Part shown: positions 59,425-64,000 of the stretch, piece after piece | Layout: every line of letters begins with the position of its first letter | Position numbering within the stretch: position 1 is the stretch's first letter | Source of the DNA: an uncultured delta proteobacterium | GTDB lineage: Bacteria > Desulfobacterota > Binatia > UBA9968 | Assembly (NCBI GenBank): GCA_963760795.1 | Contig: CAVXEP010000016.1 | Coordinates: forward strand, 32,001-96,000 | DNA length: 64,000 nt | Reading direction: 5' to 3' | Notes under the pieces: generated by a model | The model's input: the letters and a program-made list of their open reading frames with translations, nothing else | The model's database searches: none | Told to the model about the DNA's origin: nothing | Position numbers and translations under genes: made by a program

Positions 59425-60382
59425 ATGGCTTTGCAACTTACCATGACCTGCGCGGAGTACGATCGCAGCCGGCCGTTGATCGATGGCACCGTGAAGGCGC
59501 GGGACATCGATTTGGCTATTCACGTCAATTCCGATGACCGCAGCCGGCAGCGCGATATTCGCGAGGGCAAGTTCGACATCGGTGAGTTTTTCACCGGCAT
59601 TTACATGGCCGACCTGGAGCATCGCACACTCGGATTGACGGCGATCCCGATCTTCGTCAAGCGCATGTTTCGCCACTCGTATATCTATGTCAACAAACAC
59701 TCCGGGATTCGCACGCCCCAGGATCTCCACGGCAAGCGTGTCGGCCTGCAGACCTGGTTCACGACTACGGCCTTATGGGCGCGCGGTATCCTGGCGGACG
59801 ACTATGGCGTCGATCTGAGCAAAATTTGCTGGGTGGCCAACTGGAATGAAAAAATCGGCAACTGGCAACCACCGTCGTGGCTACAACTTGAGATTGCGCC
59901 GCCCGGTGCCAAGCTGCATGACTTGCTGATCGCAGGAAAAATCGACGCCGGCATCACCACCGAAACTTGGGCGCCCTTCGGCCATCCGGATATCGACTTT
60001 TTGCTTCCCAACTACGCCCAAGAGGAGCGCGCTTACTATCGCAAGACCGGCTTCTTTCCGATCCAGCATATTCTTGTCATCAAAAACGAGGTGCTGGAAA
60101 AGCAGCCTTGGGTGGCCATGAGTATGTTCGACGCCTGGCAATCGGCGAAGCTGGAGTGTTATCGCTGGCTCGAGCGGCAACGAGTTCACATGACCGGTTT
60201 GTGGTACCGCTCGCTTTGGGAAGAGGAGCGGGCTGCCGCGGGCGCCGATCCATACCTATGGGGATTTAACCAGAGCTCGCGCCGAAGTGGATAAGATGCT
60301 CGAATATGCCTTTCGCCAGGGATTGGTGACCAAGAAGTTCCAGCCGGAGGAGATGTTTCATCCGAGCATGCTGGAGACATGA
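59425..60382 (+). CDS. 4,5-dihydroxyphthalate decarboxylase-like protein (OphC/Pht5-like; frameshift near 60275)
   Basis: YDRSRPLIDG, AIPIFVKRMFRHS, DLHGKRVG, YRKTGFFPIQH; alternative frame completes EVDKMLEYAFRQGL...EEMFHPSMLET*. Confidence 0.82.
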
Positions 60383-60456
60383 AAACGGTAAGGGGTAAGG
60401 GGTGAAGGGTAAGGCGTCCCACCGCCGCCCCGAAGATCAGATTGGAGAGGTTACAG

Positions 60457-61590
60457 ATGGATTTTAGCGAATTTGTTCACACCGGACCGGAAACGCTAGC
60501 CGGGCGATTTTTGCGCCGGTTCTGGCAACCGGTCGCTTGCTCCCATGAGCTTAGCGCCGGTCAGGCGTTGCCGATTCGCATTTTGAGCGAGGATTTTACC
60601 CTCTACCGCGGCGCCGGCGGGACGGCTCATCTGGTCGGCAACCGCTGCGCCCATCGCGGTACCCAGCTGTCGGCGGGCTGGGTCGAAGACGACTGCATTC
60701 GTTGTTTTTATCACGGCTGGAAATACAACGGCGCGGGACAATGCGTCGAGCAGCCGGCAGAGGGCGAAAGCTTTGCGTCGAAGGTGCGCATTGCCAGTTA
60801 TCCGGTTAAGGAATATCTCGGCCTGGTCTTCGCTTATCTGGGCGAGGGCGAGGCGCCATCGCTGCCGCGTTATCCCAGGTTCGAATCTCCGGAAATTTCC
60901 CTCGACGTCGCCGGTCTCAAACGTATCTGCAACTACTTCAACAACGTCGACAATTCGCTCGACAACGCTCACGTGCGCTTCGTGCACCGGCGCCACCGCG
61001 ACGCGTCCGAGGACCATGTCGTGCTTGGCGATCCGATTATTTCCGTCGAAGAATCCGACTGGGGCATCCGGCGCTACGTCAAATATCCCGACGGCAAGGA
61101 TCTGACTTTTTTCTTCGGCATGCCCAACATTAATTTTATCAACGGCCAGGTGGTCGATCCGGTGATCAAGCGGGCTGACGTGATGGTTTTCAAAGTCCCG
61201 GTGGATGATGAAAACCATATTCACTTCGAAGTGCGCGCCATCGCGCTCTCCGGCGCGCGGGGCCGGGCGTGGATCGAGGAGCGGCGCGCGCTGCGCGCCA
61301 AGGCGGAAGAAGACCGCCCGGAACTGGTGCGGGCGATTCTCGCCGGAAAACTGCGCCTGAGCGATATCGATCCGCAGCGCATCGATTTCGTCATGTTGGA
61401 AGATGAGATAGCCCAGACCGGCCAGGGCCGGATCGCCGTGCGCGGCAACGAACACTTGGGCCGCAGCGACCGCGGCGTGTTTCTCCTGCGCAAAATCTGG
61501 GAACGGGAGTTGCGAAATCTAGCGGAAGGCCGACCGCTTAAATCTTGGACCTATCGCCCGGACATGGTGCCGACGTATCCGGAGGGGTAG
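60457..61590 (+). CDS. Rieske non-haem iron oxygenase, phthalate 4,5-dioxygenase/LigXa-like alpha subunit
   Basis: HTGPETLAGRFLRRFWQP, CAHRG..CFYHGW Rieske motif, DNAHVRFVH, EDEIAQ, EHLGRSDRGV. Confidence 0.92.
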   Translation: MDFSEFVHTGPETLAGRFLRRFWQPVACSHELSAGQALPIRILSEDFTLYRGAGGTAHLVGNRCAHRGTQLSAGWVEDDCIRCFYHGWKYNGAGQCVEQPAEGESFASKVRIASYPVKEYLGLVFAYLGEGEAPSLPRYPRFESPEISLDVAGLKRICNYFNNVDNSLDNAHVRFVHRRHRDASEDHVVLGDPIISVEESDWGIRRYVKYPDGKDLTFFFGMPNINFINGQVVDPVIKRADVMVFKVPVDDENHIHFEVRAIALSGARGRAWIEERRALRAKAEEDRPELVRAILAGKLRLSDIDPQRIDFVMLEDEIAQTGQGRIAVRGNEHLGRSDRGVFLLRKIWERELRNLAEGRPLKSWTYRPDMVPTYPEG

Positions 61591-61678
61591 ACGAGGAATT
61601 AGGTTTGGTTGCTGATTTCGAGTTTTAAGTTCGCGAGCTATAGGTGTCAATTAATCCAAGGCGATCGCGTTAGCACAG

Positions 61679-62665
61679 TTAATCATCGGTTGCTCCCCCA
61701 GACTTCGCCAAGTCTTCGACTTTGATCTTGTCGACATTCATCTTTTCGGCGGCGTTGGTCATCCGTTCCAATACTTCATCGAAACCCAGCGGCGCTGCGT
61801 CCTTGGGGCGAAAGCGGATCGGGTTGATGCGCGCGACCACGAAGCTTTTGAGGTACGGACTGGTCAAACCTTTGGCTTTGAGCGCTTCGACTTTTTCGAT
61901 GACAGTTTTATCGAGATCCATCAAAGCTTTGGCCCGCGCACGGCGAATCTCGATGGCCGAGACAAGAGATTTTTTTAGAAACTGATCCGAGCGTCGCAGG
62001 ATCGGATGATAGGCGCCGCCGCTGAAGCGGCCGTTTTCAAGATAGCACAGGCCGAGGGTGATCAGCGCGGCTTCCTCGAACTCCAGCGCGTAGCTTTCTT
62101 CGCTGGCGTCGTCCAATGTCGCCAGCTCCTGGTACATGCGGATGACTTCCAGGGCGCGCTCGCGCAGGTTGTGCGCCTTCTCCGTGTTCAACGCGAGAAT
62201 CTGATAGGCGGTCGCCGCTTCGGGGACGACGATGGCGATGACGGTCTTGGCGCCGAGGGTTTTCATCGCCTGCAAGCGATGATTGCCGTTGGGTGTCCAG
62301 TAGCGCGTCGGGCTGTCTTTGACTTCTTTACGCACGGTGACGATGGGGTCGAGAAAACGGCCGAGCCTGGCGATGACGCTTTCGAGCTTGCGCGCGTGGG
62401 TATCGGATAGGTTGCGTTGGTACGGCGTCGGTTCGACCTGGTCGATGGGCAGAGCGGCGATGATGAGCCAGTGATCGCCGAACGGTTCGCGGTAAGTGGT
62501 TAGAACGGTGCCGCCGTCTTGGTCGATGGCATCTTGCAGTGCGGCGACGCTATTGGGCGGCGTGGCCGAAAGAACTTCTTTGGCACCCAACCCAGTCGAC
62601 TTGCCGGCGAGCTTGCGCCGCTTGCGCGGACCGGCGGATTTTTTCTTGGCTTTCTTGTCAGGCAT
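61679..62665 (-). CDS. Stand-alone ParB/Srx N-terminal domain protein
   Basis: VEPTPYQRNLS, FLDPIV, TPNGNHRL, LALNTEKAHNLRE. Confidence 0.8.
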   Translation of the reverse strand: MPDKKAKKKSAGPRKRRKLAGKSTGLGAKEVLSATPPNSVAALQDAIDQDGGTVLTTYREPFGDHWLIIAALPIDQVEPTPYQRNLSDTHARKLESVIARLGRFLDPIVTVRKEVKDSPTRYWTPNGNHRLQAMKTLGAKTVIAIVVPEAATAYQILALNTEKAHNLRERALEVIRMYQELATLDDASEESYALEFEEAALITLGLCYLENGRFSGGAYHPILRRSDQFLKKSLVSAIEIRRARAKALMDLDKTVIEKVEALKAKGLTSPYLKSFVVARINPIRFRPKDAAPLGFDEVLERMTNAAEKMNVDKIKVEDLAKSGGATDD

Positions 62666-62700
62666 GGGCGCTGCTTAGATTATTTAATTTTTAGGCTCCC

Positions 62701-62916
62701 AGTAGGAAGGGCGGGTTTAAAACCCGCCCTTACGAAACCTTCGTGCTCTTCATGCCTCCTTAGAAAATACATCTGAGGGGATGATATGCACAATGAAGCA
62801 TCCGGCCCGCCATGCCGGCGCAGGCGGCATCCAGCCCATCATCCACCTGGATACCGTTTTCAACGGTATGACGGACTCTGTCCGTCACCTGGATTCCGCC
62901 TGCGCGGGAATGACGA
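62701..62916. repeat. REP cluster: AGGGCGGGTTTAAAACCCGCCCT hairpin plus partial copy 3 of the nested element (62810-62916)
   Basis: CCTGGATACCGTTTTCAACGGTATGACGGACTCTGTCCGTCACCTGGATTCCGCCTGCGCGGGAATGACG matches 19926-19997. Confidence 0.8.
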
Positions 62917-63038
62917 ATCGAAAAGGGAAGCAACTTCTAGGAATGCGAACCATTTTCACGCTCTGTAGCCGTGCGTAAGATCATGATTCACTTCGTGGTG
63001 AAAACCTCTCCACAGCAAATTCAGTCCATTATGCAAAT

Positions 63039-64000
63039 CTACTGTTGCAAGCGTCGGATGGTCGGCATCGCCACGGCGATGACAAATGCCATGCCGCCGA
63101 CCATCAGACCGCCGAAGGCCACCGCGATCGGCGCGCCGGCGAATTCGGCGATGGCGCCGGCGATCAAGCCGCCGATGGGCATGAGCTCCCAGGCCAATCC
63201 ATGAATACCCATGACCCGGCCGCGCAATTCGTTGGGTAAGTTCATCTGCAAGATGGCGTGGATCGTCGTCATGTAGAACTGCCCGGCCATGCCCAGGGCG
63301 AAGGCGGCGACGAGGGAGAGCGGAAACCAACTCGACATGGCGAACAAGATCAAGGTGACACCGAACACCACCGCGCCATTGATCGCCTGCAAGCCTTTGC
63401 CGGGGAAGTGGCTCAAGTAGGCGGCGAGCAGGACTCCGGCCAGGGCGCCGCCGCCGCCGGCACTTTGGAGGAAGCCGAACCCCTGGGAGCCGACATGGAG
63501 CACGTTGCGGGCAAACACCGGCATCATGATGACGTAGGACATGCCGAACACGCTGTTGAAAAACGTCATGCCGATGAACACCCAATAGATTTCATTTTGA
63601 CGAATGAAGCTCAGCCCTTCGGTCATATCTTTGAGCAGGCCGCGGGAGTTTGACGCCGCCGGCTTGCCGGCGAGATGGATGGCGAGCCACAGCCCGATGG
63701 CCACGGCCGAAGCGAGGAAACAGACAAAATAAGTCGGTCCGATGCCGACCAAGTAAATCAGCATGCCGGCGACCGCCGGGCCGACCAGCTTGTTCAACTG
63801 CCAGATGGTGCCGCCGATGGCGACGGCGTTGGGGATGTCTTCCTTGGGAACCATTTGGGGTAAGAGCGCCATCCGGCTCGGCCGGTCGAATGCGCGCACG
63901 CAGCCGGTGAGAAACGCCAATACCATGACATGCCAGAGGGCGACCCACTTGAGCATGACGAGCGCTGTGAGAATCAGAAAGACCAATGCCGAACCCACCT
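63039..64000 (-). CDS. MFS transporter (5' end outside window)
   Basis: AFDRPSRMALLPQMVP, MPVFARNVL, PNELRGRVMG. Confidence 0.9.
   Translation of the reverse strand, partial: VGSALVFLILTALVMLKWVALWHVMVLAFLTGCVRAFDRPSRMALLPQMVPKEDIPNAVAIGGTIWQLNKLVGPAVAGMLIYLVGIGPTYFVCFLASAVAIGLWLAIHLAGKPAASNSRGLLKDMTEGLSFIRQNEIYWVFIGMTFFNSVFGMSYVIMMPVFARNVLHVGSQGFGFLQSAGGGGALAGVLLAAYLSHFPGKGLQAINGAVVFGVTLILFAMSSWFPLSLVAAFALGMAGQFYMTTIHAILQMNLPNELRGRVMGIHGLAWELMPIGGLIAGAIAEFAGAPIAVAFGGLMVGGMAFVIAVAMPTIRRLQQ

Overview
A 64-kb GC-rich bacterial chromosomal segment given over to catabolism and transport. The gene content (8 Amidohydrolase_2 paralogues plus a relic, 6 orphan NMT1/THI5-type solute-binding proteins, 6 MFS transporters, a Rieske oxygenase, and dense intergenic REP-like and short-period repeats) resembles Candidatus Binatia/Binatota; this taxonomic call is an inference. 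I see no rRNA, tRNA, CRISPR array, transposase or phage genes. About 19 single-base frameshifts, many in short homopolymers, break otherwise intact genes and look like long-read assembly error. The main hidden feature, missed by the ORF track, is a UGSC-family selenoprotein at 7745-8296. Its in-frame TGA (8027-8029) gives U-G-S-C and is followed 11 nt later by a perfect SECIS-like hairpin. The protein resembles the selenocysteine domain of glycine/proline reductase component B (GrdB/PrdB). It lies in one co-oriented block with two tandem amidohydrolase-fold metalloenzymes, an uncharacterised DGLP..PPT partner protein and a solute-binding protein, which makes it a candidate undescribed selenium-dependent catabolic module. 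Other points: two Asp/Glu-racemase-fold proteins lacking both catalytic cysteines, a signal peptide apparently built from an intergenic repeat, a nested ~125-bp MITE-like element in 3 copies, an M6 protease with VHL-like repeats, a cytochrome c-Vgb fusion, and a truncated amidohydrolase relic.
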